Shown: in pieces, positions 27,555 through 37,568 of the stretch | Layout of the letters: the number at the start of each line of letters is the position of its first letter | Position numbering within the stretch: position 1 is the stretch's first letter | Source of the DNA: an uncultured Clostridia bacterium | GTDB taxonomy: Bacteria; Acidobacteriota; Aminicenantia; JAMOAD01 | DNA: 64,000 nucleotides | Reading direction: 5' to 3' | Assembly: GCA_964634755.1 (NCBI GenBank) | Contig: CAZWJH010000001.1 | Location: forward strand, 12,317-76,316 | Notes under the pieces: generated by a model | What the model saw: only the letters and a program-made list of their open reading frames with translations | Told to the model about the DNA's origin: nothing | The model's database searches: none | Program-made: the position numbers and the translations under genes

Positions 27555-29009
27555 TTAGCTCACTGCCTCTATTGCTTTCTTAAATGCTTCTTCCAAAAGT
27601 TCCATAGGAGGCTCTTTTATATAGCCTTTTTCCATAAGGAGTGAATGCTCCTCTCTTGCTATTCTAATGTCCTCAAGTGTTTTATCATAGACTTCCTGCC
27701 AGCTCATCTCCTTTCTTGCAACACCATCCTTGATAGCTTGCATTGCAACATCAGCTGCCTCTTCCGCAAAAACTTCTGTTTCATCCATAGTTGGCATAAT
27801 ATAATCAGGATGGATTCCCTTTTTCTGAGCAAATTTAGCCATTGAATGAGCAGCTGCTATTGCCATATTATCAGTAATCTTCCTTGCCCTTACAAGAAGA
27901 GCTCCTTTTAAAATTCCCGGAAATCCGAGAGAATTATTAACCTGATTTGGGAAATCTCCTCTTCCTGTGGCAACTATATATGCACCTGCTTCTTTTGCAG
28001 CATAGGGATAAATTTCAGGAACAGGGTTTGCACAAGCAAAAACTATTGATTTATCCGCCATCTTTTTTATCCATTCGGGTTTTACTGTATCCGGTCCAGG
28101 TTTACTTACAGCAATCAAAACATCTGCTCCTTCAAAAGCTTTTTCAATGTCTTCAATCCTGTCCGGATTTGTCGCTTTGCAAAGCTCCCATTTTCTGTAA
28201 AATTCAGGTCTTGATTTTATATCCTCCCTACCTGTATGAAGAGCACCTTTACTATCAAATATAATCATTTTTTTGGGATCACCACCTGCAGCAATTATAA
28301 GTCTCGCAATTGTAGTATTAGCAGCTCCCGCTCCTAAAAAGACCATTTTCACTTCACTTATATCTTTTTCAACTATCTTCAGTGCATTTATTAAACCGGC
28401 AAGTGTAACAGAGCCTGTCCCCTGAGCATCATCGTGCCAAACAGGAATATCCGCTTCCTCCCTTAAAGTATCCAAAACTTTGTAGCAGTTCGGTTGAGAA
28501 ATGTCTTCAAGATTTACCGCTCCCACACTCGGTTCAAGCATTTTAACAAAATCTATAATTTTATCAGGATCATGCTCTCCTTTTTCATTATAGCTGTTCA
28601 CGCAAAGAGCAATTGCATCTATTCCTCCCAAATACTTCATTAAGAATGCTTTTCCTTCCATAACACCCAAGCCTCCCGAAGGAGTAACATCACCATCTCC
28701 TAACACCCTTGTAGAATCCGAAACCACTGCTACAAGATTTCCTCTGTTGGATAATTCAAAGGAACATTCATGTTTATCCCTAATTGAAGTTGAAACCTTT
28801 GAAACACCAGGCGTGTACCAAACATTAAACCAATTAAAGCCGTAAATGCCAGCTTTCGGAACTGTCATAATTTTTCCAGAGTAAAATTTGTGAGCCAAGA
28901 AAGCAAGCTCTTTTAAAAAAATTGTCTTTGCCTTGGCAATTTGCTCCTCTGAAAAATCAGATGGAAAAATTTCATTAAGATTTGATAATGATAAATCCGG
29001 TTTTTTCAT
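27555..29009 (-). CDS. NAD(P)-dependent malic enzyme
   Basis: Malic-enzyme N-domain (YTPGV) and a Rossmann GAGAANTTIARL. Start reassigned to ATG 29009 (MKKPDLS) with RBS AGGAGGT. The track ORF is extended spuriously to 29303. Confidence 0.85.
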   Translation of the reverse strand: MKKPDLSLSNLNEIFPSDFSEEQIAKAKTIFLKELAFLAHKFYSGKIMTVPKAGIYGFNWFNVWYTPGVSKVSTSIRDKHECSFELSNRGNLVAVVSDSTRVLGDGDVTPSGGLGVMEGKAFLMKYLGGIDAIALCVNSYNEKGEHDPDKIIDFVKMLEPSVGAVNLEDISQPNCYKVLDTLREEADIPVWHDDAQGTGSVTLAGLINALKIVEKDISEVKMVFLGAGAANTTIARLIIAAGGDPKKMIIFDSKGALHTGREDIKSRPEFYRKWELCKATNPDRIEDIEKAFEGADVLIAVSKPGPDTVKPEWIKKMADKSIVFACANPVPEIYPYAAKEAGAYIVATGRGDFPNQVNNSLGFPGILKGALLVRARKITDNMAIAAAHSMAKFAQKKGIHPDYIMPTMDETEVFAEEAADVAMQAIKDGVARKEMSWQEVYDKTLEDIRIAREEHSLLMEKGYIKEPPMELLEEAFKKAIEAVS

Positions 29010-29104
29010 AATAACCTCCTTATTAATCCGGTAAAAATACAAAATTAATTTTATACCTTTTTGCCAATTTGTCAAGTATATGACAAATTTATTTTTTTTC
29101 GAAA

Positions 29105-29956
29105 TTAGCGTGTTTCCACGAGATAAATTGCTAAGAAAACAAGTATAATACCAATAAAAAAACTTAAAGAAATTGTTTCTCCAAGAAAAAAATAGGCAAT
29201 AATAACACTGAAAAAAATCTGAAAAGAGGTTATTATTGAAGCAGTTGTAGCACCAACAAATTTTAGCCCGTTTAAAAAAAACAAATAGGGTACAACAGTA
29301 CAAATGGCTGCAAGATAAAAAGACAGTGAAACACTAATTAAAGAAAACTTAAACCCTTCAAAAAGAGCAAACGGTAAAATAAAAACAAATGTGTAAAAAT
29401 AAATGGGGAAAAGATATTTTCTAAAACTTTTCCCGGAAGAGATATCCTTTGAAAGTATTACAAAAAAAGCCCAAGACACAGGAGAAATCAACATTATTAA
29501 AATTCCCTTGTTTGCCGAAAGAGAGTTAACAGAAAGATTTGAAACCACTCCCAAACCAATAAAAGATAAAATAACACCAAATACTTTTTTTAAATTCATC
29601 GCTTCTTTTAAAATAATAAAGGACAAAATAGCCACAAAAATCACCAAAAGATTTGAAATAACAGCAGCAGTATTTGAACTCGTGTACTTTTGTCCGAAAT
29701 ATTGAAAAAGGAACCCCCCTGTATTTGTCAGGCCGAGAAAAATCATTTTTTTATCTTTTAAAATTTTGAAACTTATTTCTTTATAAAGAAAGGGAATAAC
29801 AATCAATATGGAAATAAACAATCTAAACCCCAAAAAACCAATTGGAGCTAATCCTCTGTTTAATCCAAGTTTTATAACAGGGAAAGAACTCCCCCACATT
29901 AAAGCTGATAATAAAAGTAAAAGATAAGCTTTAATTTTGTTATTCATTAAATTCAA
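29105..29956 (-). CDS. EamA/DMT family transporter
   Basis: 283 aa, 10 TM helices, duplicated EamA pattern. Confidence 0.75.
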   Translation of the reverse strand: MNLMNNKIKAYLLLLLSALMWGSSFPVIKLGLNRGLAPIGFLGFRLFISILIVIPFLYKEISFKILKDKKMIFLGLTNTGGFLFQYFGQKYTSSNTAAVISNLLVIFVAILSFIILKEAMNLKKVFGVILSFIGLGVVSNLSVNSLSANKGILIMLISPVSWAFFVILSKDISSGKSFRKYLFPIYFYTFVFILPFALFEGFKFSLISVSLSFYLAAICTVVPYLFFLNGLKFVGATTASIITSFQIFFSVIIAYFFLGETISLSFFIGIILVFLAIYLVETR

Positions 29957-30942
29957 GGGAGAGGAATTTTTCTTATAATACTTGAAATTATTGATTCACT
30001 ATCTATATTATCAGCTTCAGCACTATAACTTAAAATAATTCTGTGCCTGAGAATATCATGAACCACTTCTTTTATATCTTCTGGAATTACAAAGCCTCTT
30101 TCCTCAAGAAAAGCATTTGCCTTTGAAGCAAATAAAAGATAAATGGAAGCCCTTGGGGAGGCTCCATATTCAATGTATGATTTTATTTCACTAATTCCAT
30201 ATTTCTCAGGTTCTCTCGTTGCTCTGACTATATCAACAAGATATTCTCTTAATCTTGAATCAATGTAAATTTCATCTATTAAATTTCTATACTCTTCTAT
30301 TTTTTTTGAGTCAACCAATTTTGTAAGAGGGGGCAAAGAAGTTTCAGTAAATCTCTTAACTATTGCAATCTCTTCATTCCTTAAAGGATATTTTACTTTA
30401 ATCTTCATCATAAATCTGTCAAGTTCCGCTTCAGGGAGGGGATAAGTTCCTTCATACTCAATCGGATTTTGAGTTGCCATTACCATAAAAGGGAAAGGGA
30501 GCTGAAAAGTATACTCATCAAGTGTAATCTGTTTTTCTTCCATTGCTTCAAGAAGAGCACTCTGAACTTTAGCAGGAGCTCTGTTTATTTCATCAGCCAA
30601 TAAAAGGTTTGTAAATATTGGTCCTTTCTTGGGAGAAAAGGTTGCATCTTTCGGATTAAAAACGATTGTTCCGATAAGGTCAGATGGTAGTAAATCAGGA
30701 GTAAATTGAATTCTCTTAAACTTTAAATCAAAAACTTTGCCCACTGTTTTTATCATTAATGTCTTAGCTAAACCAGGTACTCCTTCTACAAGAATATGTC
30801 CCCCTGAAAGAAGAGCTATTAAAATTCTCCTTATAAAATAATCCTGTCCGATAATAATTTTTTTAATTTCCGAAACTATAGAATCAATTTCTCCACTCTT
30901 CTCTTTTACTTTCTTATCTATTTCCTCAAAGGGCAATTCCAT
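29953..30942 (-). CDS. MoxR-family AAA+ ATPase
   Basis: GHILVEGVPGLAKT Walker A, LLADEINRA Walker B, about 330 aa, typical of MoxR/AAA_3. Confidence 0.85.
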   Translation of the reverse strand: MELPFEEIDKKVKEKSGEIDSIVSEIKKIIIGQDYFIRRILIALLSGGHILVEGVPGLAKTLMIKTVGKVFDLKFKRIQFTPDLLPSDLIGTIVFNPKDATFSPKKGPIFTNLLLADEINRAPAKVQSALLEAMEEKQITLDEYTFQLPFPFMVMATQNPIEYEGTYPLPEAELDRFMMKIKVKYPLRNEEIAIVKRFTETSLPPLTKLVDSKKIEEYRNLIDEIYIDSRLREYLVDIVRATREPEKYGISEIKSYIEYGASPRASIYLLFASKANAFLEERGFVIPEDIKEVVHDILRHRIILSYSAEADNIDSESIISSIIRKIPLP

Positions 30943-30954
30943 TTTTAACTCTCC

Positions 30955-31692
30955 TTAAATTTGAATTATATTTTTTAAATATTTTTTTCTAAAATCCTCA
31001 CCGTCAATTCTCACAAGTTTGGCCATTTCAAAAATCCTTGATCTTAATCTATAGCCAATCCTGCTTTCCAGAGTCTCTTCATTTAATTCTTCAGCATCCT
31101 CATAAAAATCTTTTTCATCAACATAATTTGATGTAAAAATAGTTATTCTTTTCTCATTATACCTTTTATTTATAATTTTTGAAATAATATCCTCAGTATA
31201 ACTGCTTATTCTATGAGCACCAAGATCATCCAAAACAAGAAGCTCTATTTGAGAGGCTTCTACAAGAATTCTATTCCCTTTTTCATTATCCGTGCCAATT
31301 GTCGCCTGTATAATGGCTATCAAATCCCTAACATCATAAAACCTCGCCCTGATGCCTTTTTTTTCAATCAGGTTTTTTATAATAGCGACACTAAGATGAG
31401 TTTTTCCCACTCCAGAAGGCCCTTGAAAGAAAAGCCCTCCTGTTACAGCAGGATAATCTTCAACGAACTTTTTTGCCATAATAAGAGCTTCTTTCTGAGA
31501 ATCATTAATAGGATTATAATTACTAAATTCACAGCTTAAGTATCTTTCCGGAATCCCGGACAACTTCATATTTATCTTTTTTATCTGAGATTCAACACAC
31601 GAACACCTTCTGGCAAAAGAATTGCCATTTTCATCTACCTCTATTATAAAACCCGTCCCTCCGCAAATAGGACAATTAGGATTGCCTATCAA
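30955..31692 (-). CDS. DnaC/DnaI-like AAA+ helicase-loader homolog with an N-terminal zinc ribbon
   Basis: CPICGGTG...CSC zinc ribbon, then Walker A GPSGVGKTHL and Walker B LLVLDDLG. About 245 aa, IstB/DnaC-like. Confidence 0.6.
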   Translation of the reverse strand: MIGNPNCPICGGTGFIIEVDENGNSFARRCSCVESQIKKINMKLSGIPERYLSCEFSNYNPINDSQKEALIMAKKFVEDYPAVTGGLFFQGPSGVGKTHLSVAIIKNLIEKKGIRARFYDVRDLIAIIQATIGTDNEKGNRILVEASQIELLVLDDLGAHRISSYTEDIISKIINKRYNEKRITIFTSNYVDEKDFYEDAEELNEETLESRIGYRLRSRIFEMAKLVRIDGEDFRKKYLKNIIQI

Positions 31693-32531
31693 TTTAAATC
31701 CCTCCCAACTATTTTCTTTTTAAAATGCTCCCTGATTTTTTCCATTGCCCTTTTTTCAAGCTGTCTAACTCTTTCTCTCGAAATTGATAAAATCTTACCC
31801 ACTTCTCCTAAAGAACGAGCACCAGAACCATCAAAACCATATCTTAGCATCAAAACATCTCTTTCCTTATCTTTCAATGTTTTAATCACTTCTTTAATCT
31901 CATTTAGCAAAATTCTTGTGATTATTGAATCACCTGTAATCGTATCCTCTTTTTCCTTAACAGTATCTCCTACAACAAGAGAGCCATCTGCATTGATTTT
32001 TGTACTAAGAGACACTTGTCCATTTAGCAAATTTTGTATTTTTAAAAGAGTCTTTTTACTAATTTTCATTTTTTCCAAAAGTTCTTCTTCTGTTAATTGC
32101 CTTTTATTTTTTTCAAGTGACTCTTTTTGCAATTCTGTCATTTTTATCATTAATCTTACCATTTTAGGAGGAAGTTTGAAAACCTTTGTCTCATTTGCAA
32201 GAGCATTAATTACCGCCTGCTTTATCCACCATACCGCATAGGAAATAAATTTTATATCTCTTTTTGTATCGAATCTCTTTGCAGCTTCTATTAACCCTAA
32301 AATACCTTCATGTAAGAGATCTTCAACGGGTATTCCATGCCTCTTAAACTTATTTATAATATTAAGAACAAATCTTAAATTTGCTAAAACAAGTTTTTCA
32401 AGAGCTGAGTTATCTCCCTCTTTTTGAAATTTTTCAATCAATCTATGCTCTTCCTCTTTTGTAAGAGGTTCTGTTTTTTCTGCTAATATAGTCAGTAGAT
32501 TGTTAACATGAAAATAATCGTTATTTGCCAA
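31689..32531 (-). CDS. RNA polymerase sigma factor, sigma-70 family (group 2/3-like, 280 aa)
   Basis: Region 2 (YAVWWIKQAV), region 3 and a region 4 HTH (LGEVGKILSISRERVRQLEKRAMEKI). Confidence 0.75.
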   Translation of the reverse strand: MANNDYFHVNNLLTILAEKTEPLTKEEEHRLIEKFQKEGDNSALEKLVLANLRFVLNIINKFKRHGIPVEDLLHEGILGLIEAAKRFDTKRDIKFISYAVWWIKQAVINALANETKVFKLPPKMVRLMIKMTELQKESLEKNKRQLTEEELLEKMKISKKTLLKIQNLLNGQVSLSTKINADGSLVVGDTVKEKEDTITGDSIITRILLNEIKEVIKTLKDKERDVLMLRYGFDGSGARSLGEVGKILSISRERVRQLEKRAMEKIREHFKKKIVGRDLN

Positions 32532-32943
32532 AACTATCTTCCTTTTTAATTATTTTTGCAGAAACAGATCTTACTATCGCATCTTTCTTTTTGTTAAACT
32601 CTTCCTCTTTCCCGGAGAAAAACTCATTTTTAATATATTCTAATAACAAATTTACTTCTTCTTGAACTTTCTCCATCTTCTCTCTCATGTTTAATATAAT
32701 TTCAATCCCTGCTAAATTAACTCCCATTTCACGCGAAAGATTTAAAATCAACTCAAGTTTTTTCAAATCCTCTTCAGTATAGATTCTTGTGTTGCCTTCG
32801 GTTCTCGAAGGCTTCAATAGCCCTTCTCTTTCATAAAGTCTTAATGTTTGCGGATGAATGTTATACATAGCCGAAACAGCTGAAATCATATAAAACTTTT
32901 TCTCCTTTTCACTGTTTTTTTTATTTTTTCTTCCTCCTCTCAC
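32521..32943 (-). CDS. hspR: MerR-family heat-shock repressor HspR
   Basis: MerR HTH (MYNIHPQTLRLYEREGLLKP) and GVNLAGIEII, characteristic of HspR. Immediately downstream of dnaJ. The real start is probably the internal Met (MISAVS). Confidence 0.7.
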   Translation of the reverse strand: MRGGRKNKKNSEKEKKFYMISAVSAMYNIHPQTLRLYEREGLLKPSRTEGNTRIYTEEDLKKLELILNLSREMGVNLAGIEIILNMREKMEKVQEEVNLLLEYIKNEFFSGKEEEFNKKKDAIVRSVSAKIIKKEDSFGK

Positions 32944-32952
32944 TTTTCCCTC

Positions 32953-34056
32953 CTATAAATAAAGCTCCTTCCGAGGATCATATTTTGTTAAATCATCAAT
33001 TTCCCTTAAAAGCTCTCGTACTCTTAAGTTCTTAGTAGGAGGCGGAACAATCTCCACTGTTACATATTGATCACCTCGAATCTTAGTAACTGAATTATAA
33101 ACACCTTTTCCTTTAAGTCTGAACTTTTGCCCGGATTTTGTCCCGGGGGGAATTTTCATTATCGCAGTTCCATCAACAGTAGGAACTTTTATTTTTGCCC
33201 CTAAAGAAGCTTCTGTTATGGTAATCGGTACTGTAATATAAATATTATCTCCCTCTCTTTTAAACAATCTGTGAGGAAGAACATTTATCGTTATATAAAG
33301 GTCTCCCGGCTTTCCACCTCTAATTCCAGTATTTCCCTTTCCCGCTAATCTTAACCTTGCTCCATTCTTTACTCCGGCAGGAATCTTTACCCTTATTCTT
33401 TCTGTAATATCAACTCTTCCTTCCCCTCCACATACTTTACAAACAGGTCCAGGTAAATATCCTGTACCACCACAAGTTGGGCATGTTGATGAAAACTTTA
33501 GATGGAACTTTTGCTTATAAATTTTTCCGCTTCCATTACATGTTGGACAAACAGTTCTACCTGAAGATTCATAGCCAGTTCCCCCGCAATTTGGACATTT
33601 CTTTTTCCTTTGAATAAGAATTTCAGTATTTAATCCCTTTATTGAATCTTCAAAACTTATGTTTATATTATAGTAAAGATCCTCTCCTCTCTGAGATGTA
33701 CTCTTTCTGCTCTTGGAGCTTCTTATATTAAAGATAGTCTCAAAGATATCAGCGAAACTGGTATCTCCGAATCCTCCGAAATCAAAACCTTCAAAACCAC
33801 CCCAATCTCCCCGAGTATTTTGATATGGATCCTGAAAATCCCCCACAACCCCAAATCTATCATATTGCTCTCTCTTTTTGGGATCAGAAAGGACCTCATA
33901 TGCTTCTTGAATTTCCTTAAACTTTTTTTCTGCTTCGCTATCTCCTGGATTAAGATCAGGATGATACTTTCGAGCTAATTTTCTATACGCTTTTTTTATT
34001 TCATTTTGTGTTGCATTTTTCGATACCCCCAAGATTTTATAATAATCCTTCCTCAT
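32953..34056 (-). CDS. dnaJ: chaperone DnaJ
   Basis: J-domain HPD ([10 protein letters not shown]), G/F-rich linker, four CxxCxGxG zinc-finger repeats. Confidence 0.92.
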   Translation of the reverse strand: MRKDYYKILGVSKNATQNEIKKAYRKLARKYHPDLNPGDSEAEKKFKEIQEAYEVLSDPKKREQYDRFGVVGDFQDPYQNTRGDWGGFEGFDFGGFGDTSFADIFETIFNIRSSKSRKSTSQRGEDLYYNINISFEDSIKGLNTEILIQRKKKCPNCGGTGYESSGRTVCPTCNGSGKIYKQKFHLKFSSTCPTCGGTGYLPGPVCKVCGGEGRVDITERIRVKIPAGVKNGARLRLAGKGNTGIRGGKPGDLYITINVLPHRLFKREGDNIYITVPITITEASLGAKIKVPTVDGTAIMKIPPGTKSGQKFRLKGKGVYNSVTKIRGDQYVTVEIVPPPTKNLRVRELLREIDDLTKYDPRKELYL

Positions 34057-34073
34057 CTTAAACCTCCTGCTAT

Positions 34074-34102
34074 ATTATAGAATGTTAGTGAGAAAATGTC
34101 AA
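34074..34102 (-). promoter_or_regulatory. consensus sigma-70 promoter for dnaJ-hspR (-35 TTGACA, 17 nt, -10 TATAAT)
   Basis: Reverse complement of 34097-34102 is TTGACA and of 34074-34079 is TATAAT, with an exact 17-nt spacer. RBS AGGAGG follows. Confidence 0.5.
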
Positions 34103-34136
34103 GTATTTTATAATAACACACTCATATTTTAAGAGG

Positions 34137-35447
34137 TTATGCACGGAAGACTTTCTCGGAATTTTTATAAACTCCTCTGGTATCCACTATTATTTTTGCT
34201 CTTTTATGAATTTCTTCATAATTAATATTTGAATGATCTGTAATTACCATGATAAGATCATACTCTTCAATTTTTTCGGGGCTATATTTTATGGAAGATT
34301 TTTCAAAATGAGGATAATGTCTAAGTCCCTTTAAAAAAGGTACATAGGGGTCATAATAATCAACTTGAGCTCCTCTGCTTTCAAGTATTTCCATAATTTT
34401 TAGAGCCGGACTTTCTCTTGTATCATCCACATCTTTCTTATAAGCAACACCCAAAATTAAAATTTTTGCTTTATTTAGTGTTTTTGAAAATTTATTTAAA
34501 ACTTCCATTACCTTTTCAACTACATAATAAGGTTGATATGTATTAACCTCACCTGCGAGCTCAATAAACCTTGTGGTATAATCATACTCTTTTGCCTTAT
34601 AGGTAAGATAAAATGGGTCAATAGGAATACAGTGGCCACCAAGTCCTGGCCCCGGATAAAATGGAGTAAAACCAAATGGTTTGCTTTTGGCTGCTTCTAT
34701 TACCTCCCAGATATTTATCCCCATTCTATCAAAAACTATTTTCAATTCATTGACAAGTGCTATATTAACAGCCCTATATGTATTTTCCAGAATCTTTGAG
34801 GCTTCTGCTACACGGGTAGAAGAGACCGGAACAGTTTTGACAATTACTTTAGAATAAAGAGCATTTATAACCTCTAGAGAATTTTCGGAAATGCCGCTAA
34901 CCACCTTTGGAATTGTCTTTGTGGTAAATTTCTTACTTCCCGGATCCTCTCTTTCCGGAGAATATCCAAGATAAAAATCAACACTTTCTTTTAGTCCGCT
35001 TTTTTCTAAAATTTTCAAAAGTATTTCATCGGTTGTTCCAGGATAAGTGGTGCTTTCAAGAACAATCACATGCCCCTTTCTTAAATTTTCCTTTATTGTT
35101 TCTGCTGTTTGAATAACATATTTAAGATCCGGTGTTTTATGCTTATCTAAAGGAGTAGGGACACAAATCAGGATAAAATCAACTTCTTTTAACTCGGTAA
35201 AATCAATTGTGACATCAAACTGTTTTTTCTCTACGACAAACTTCTTGATAAAATCCGACTCAATATGTTTAATGTAAGACGCCCCCTTTTTCAGCATAGA
35301 AACTTTCTTCTCATCAACATCAAAACCTTTAACTTTAAACCCTTCATTCAAAAACTCTCTTGCCAAAGGGAGTCCAACATAACCAAGTCCGATAATACCC
35401 ACAATAATTTCTTTACTTTCAATCTTTTTTAAAATTTCTCCCTTCAT
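34137..35447 (-). CDS. UDP-glucose/GDP-mannose dehydrogenase family (nucleotide-sugar dehydrogenase)
   Basis: N-terminal GxGYVG Rossmann (IIGLGYVGLPLA), catalytic Cys region (GLGGHCIPID), 436 aa. Confidence 0.85.
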   Translation of the reverse strand: MKGEILKKIESKEIIVGIIGLGYVGLPLAREFLNEGFKVKGFDVDEKKVSMLKKGASYIKHIESDFIKKFVVEKKQFDVTIDFTELKEVDFILICVPTPLDKHKTPDLKYVIQTAETIKENLRKGHVIVLESTTYPGTTDEILLKILEKSGLKESVDFYLGYSPEREDPGSKKFTTKTIPKVVSGISENSLEVINALYSKVIVKTVPVSSTRVAEASKILENTYRAVNIALVNELKIVFDRMGINIWEVIEAAKSKPFGFTPFYPGPGLGGHCIPIDPFYLTYKAKEYDYTTRFIELAGEVNTYQPYYVVEKVMEVLNKFSKTLNKAKILILGVAYKKDVDDTRESPALKIMEILESRGAQVDYYDPYVPFLKGLRHYPHFEKSSIKYSPEKIEEYDLIMVITDHSNINYEEIHKRAKIIVDTRGVYKNSEKVFRA

Positions 35448-35470
35448 AAAACCTCACAAAAAAACTTAAA

Positions 35471-37036
35471 TTATCTTGCAAACTCAACAACTCTTTTTTC
35501 CCTAACAACTGTAACCTTAATTTGCCCAGGATATTCAAGCTCGTCCTCTATCCTCTTGGCTATCTTTCTGGCTAAAACGATAGCTTCCTCATCATAAACT
35601 TTGTCAGCATTCACAATAATTCTTACTTCTCTACCTGCCTGAAGAGCATAAGCTTTAATTACCCCGTCAAAATTCGAAGCAATATTTTCAAGCTTTTCAA
35701 GTCTCTTTAAGTAAACTTCAAGAATCTCCCTTCTTACTCCCGGCCTTGCAGCTGAAAGTGTATCAGCCGCCTGAACAAGCATTGCTTCAATCGAAGGAAA
35801 ATTCATATCCTGATGATGGGATGCTATTGCCTGAATCACCTCTTCACTCTCCCCATACTTTCTTGCAAGCTTAACTCCTAACTCCAAGTGCGTACCTTCA
35901 ACCTCCCTATCAATAGCCTTTCCAATGTCGTGCAAAAGTCCAGCTCGTGTAGCAACTTCAACATTAGCCCCAATCTCAGCAGCCATTCTGCCAGCATAGG
36001 CAGCGACTTCTTTTGAATGCTCAAGAACATTCTGTCCATAAGAAGTTCTATATCTAAGCTTTCCAATTAACTTAATAAGTTCGGGATGCACATTTTTCAA
36101 ACCAAATTCCATAACAACCGATTCACCTTCTTCATAAAGGGATTTTTCAAATTTTTTCTTAGTATCATTTATAACATCCTCAATTCTCGCAGGATTAATT
36201 CTTCCATCTTCAACAAGTCTCTGTAAAGCTCTTTTTGCAATTTCCCTTCTAATTGGATCAGCGGAAGAAACAATAACAGCTTCCGGTGTATCATCAATAA
36301 TAAGGTTTGTCCCTGTAAGCATTTCCAAAGTTCTTATATTTCTTCCTTCTCTTCCGATTATCCTTCCTTTCATATCATCCGAAGGTAAATCCACAACAGC
36401 AACAGTTGACTCAATTACATACTCAGCAGCATTGCTCTGAATAGCCGTAGCCATAATCTCTCTTGCAAGCATATCCTTTCTTCTGAGATAATCCTCTTCA
36501 ACTTTTTTAAGCAATCTTGCAACCTCTTCCTGACTTTCCTCTTCAACTTTTTTCAAAATTAATTCTTTCGCCTCCTCAGGAGACATCTTTGCTATTTTGT
36601 GAAGCTCCTGAATCTGCTGATCAATAATCTCTTTTTGTTTTTTCTTCAGCTCTTCAATTTCTCTCTCTCTATTTTTGAGATAATTTTCTTTTTTATAAAG
36701 TTCTTTTTCTCTGTTTTCTAATGTTGATGCTCTTCTTTCAAGATTATCCTCTTTTTGGAGAAGTCTTCTTTCAAAATTATTCAATCTGTTCTGTCTTTCA
36801 TTATAACTTCTCTCAAGGTCCGTTTTTAAAGTAAGATACTCTTCCTTTGCGGAAAGTTCTGCTTCTCGCCTGATTTTCTGGGCATCTTCTTCAGCTTTCT
36901 TCAAAATCTCTTCAGCTTTCTTTTTGCTTTCCTCAACATCTTTTAATTTTCCTTTTTTTATCTTTGTAAGAATAATAAAATAAGAAAAAACTGCTCCTAT
37001 GATAATTCCTATTACTACTCCGATAACTAAATTCAT
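35471..37036 (-). CDS. rny: ribonuclease Y
   Basis: N-terminal TM, long coiled coil, KH domain (GRIIGREGRNIR), HD domain (HSKEVA...GLLHDIGK). Confidence 0.9.
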   Translation of the reverse strand: MNLVIGVVIGIIIGAVFSYFIILTKIKKGKLKDVEESKKKAEEILKKAEEDAQKIRREAELSAKEEYLTLKTDLERSYNERQNRLNNFERRLLQKEDNLERRASTLENREKELYKKENYLKNREREIEELKKKQKEIIDQQIQELHKIAKMSPEEAKELILKKVEEESQEEVARLLKKVEEDYLRRKDMLAREIMATAIQSNAAEYVIESTVAVVDLPSDDMKGRIIGREGRNIRTLEMLTGTNLIIDDTPEAVIVSSADPIRREIAKRALQRLVEDGRINPARIEDVINDTKKKFEKSLYEEGESVVMEFGLKNVHPELIKLIGKLRYRTSYGQNVLEHSKEVAAYAGRMAAEIGANVEVATRAGLLHDIGKAIDREVEGTHLELGVKLARKYGESEEVIQAIASHHQDMNFPSIEAMLVQAADTLSAARPGVRREILEVYLKRLEKLENIASNFDGVIKAYALQAGREVRIIVNADKVYDEEAIVLARKIAKRIEDELEYPGQIKVTVVREKRVVEFAR

Positions 37037-37097
37037 TTTTTCCTCCTTTTTCCGGTGGAGGTGGAACTAAGATTAGCCTGTTAGTTTAGCCCTCATT

Positions 37098-37373
37098 CTA
37101 TTCAATATAAGATATCTTTCTTTCAACATCTTTAATTGCCATCTTATATTTTGCCAACTCTTTTTTGAGTTGGAGATTTTCATCCGCTATATTTAAAAGG
37201 GCTATCAAAGCCACCTTTATAGAATTGGCATTAGATATAAACTTCCCCACTTCCACCATTTTTTGTTCTACAAAATTTGCAAGCTCTCGTATATAATCTT
37301 CACTAATATCATCACTAATGTTTACTTTTAAAAGGTTGCCATAAATCTCCATTTCAACGATTCTTTCGCTCAT
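37098..37373 (-). CDS. zapA: cell division protein ZapA-like
   Basis: 91-aa small protein downstream of pheT with a ZapA-like pattern (VEIYGNLLKV...). Position conserved in many Firmicutes/Thermotogae. Confidence 0.55.
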   Translation of the reverse strand: MSERIVEMEIYGNLLKVNISDDISEDYIRELANFVEQKMVEVGKFISNANSIKVALIALLNIADENLQLKKELAKYKMAIKDVERKISYIE

Positions 37374-37558
37374 AAGTCTTTTTCTATTTCTTCAATCTTT
37401 GCCAAAAGTTTTGTAAGCTTTTCTTCTATCAACTGCTTGGTACTCTCCAATTCAGCTTTTTCAGTTTTTAACCTTTCATTTTCCTCTTTTAATTTCATAT
37501 AATTGTTTATTAATTTTTCTATTTTTGATTCAAGTCTATAGATACTATCCTCTTCCAT
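37370..37558 (-). CDS. small coiled-coil protein (62 aa)
   Basis: Heptad-rich K/E sequence, overlaps the zapA start. Function unknown (ZapB-like?). Confidence 0.3.
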   Translation of the reverse strand: MEEDSIYRLESKIEKLINNYMKLKEENERLKTEKAELESTKQLIEEKLTKLLAKIEEIEKDL

Positions 37559-37568
37559 TCATACCTCC

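Noticed and set aside
29010-29303. Track ORF extends the malic enzyme by ~98 codons upstream across the EamA gene 3' end
   Set aside because: The extension is Cys/Phe/Tyr-rich nonsense from the antisense of an AT-rich membrane gene. A proper ATG with an AGGAGGT RBS at 29009 begins the conserved malic-enzyme N-terminus.
30955-31692. DnaC/IstB-like ATPase as an IS21 remnant (mobile element)
   Set aside because: There is no istA-like transposase or inverted repeats nearby. The N-terminal zinc ribbon and operon context fit a cellular helicase-loader homolog better.
34057-34136. HAIR (CTTGAGT-N7-ACTCAAG) or CIRCE operator upstream of dnaJ for HspR/HrcA
   Set aside because: Only a weak half-site-like CTCACTAA is present. 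No convincing palindrome.
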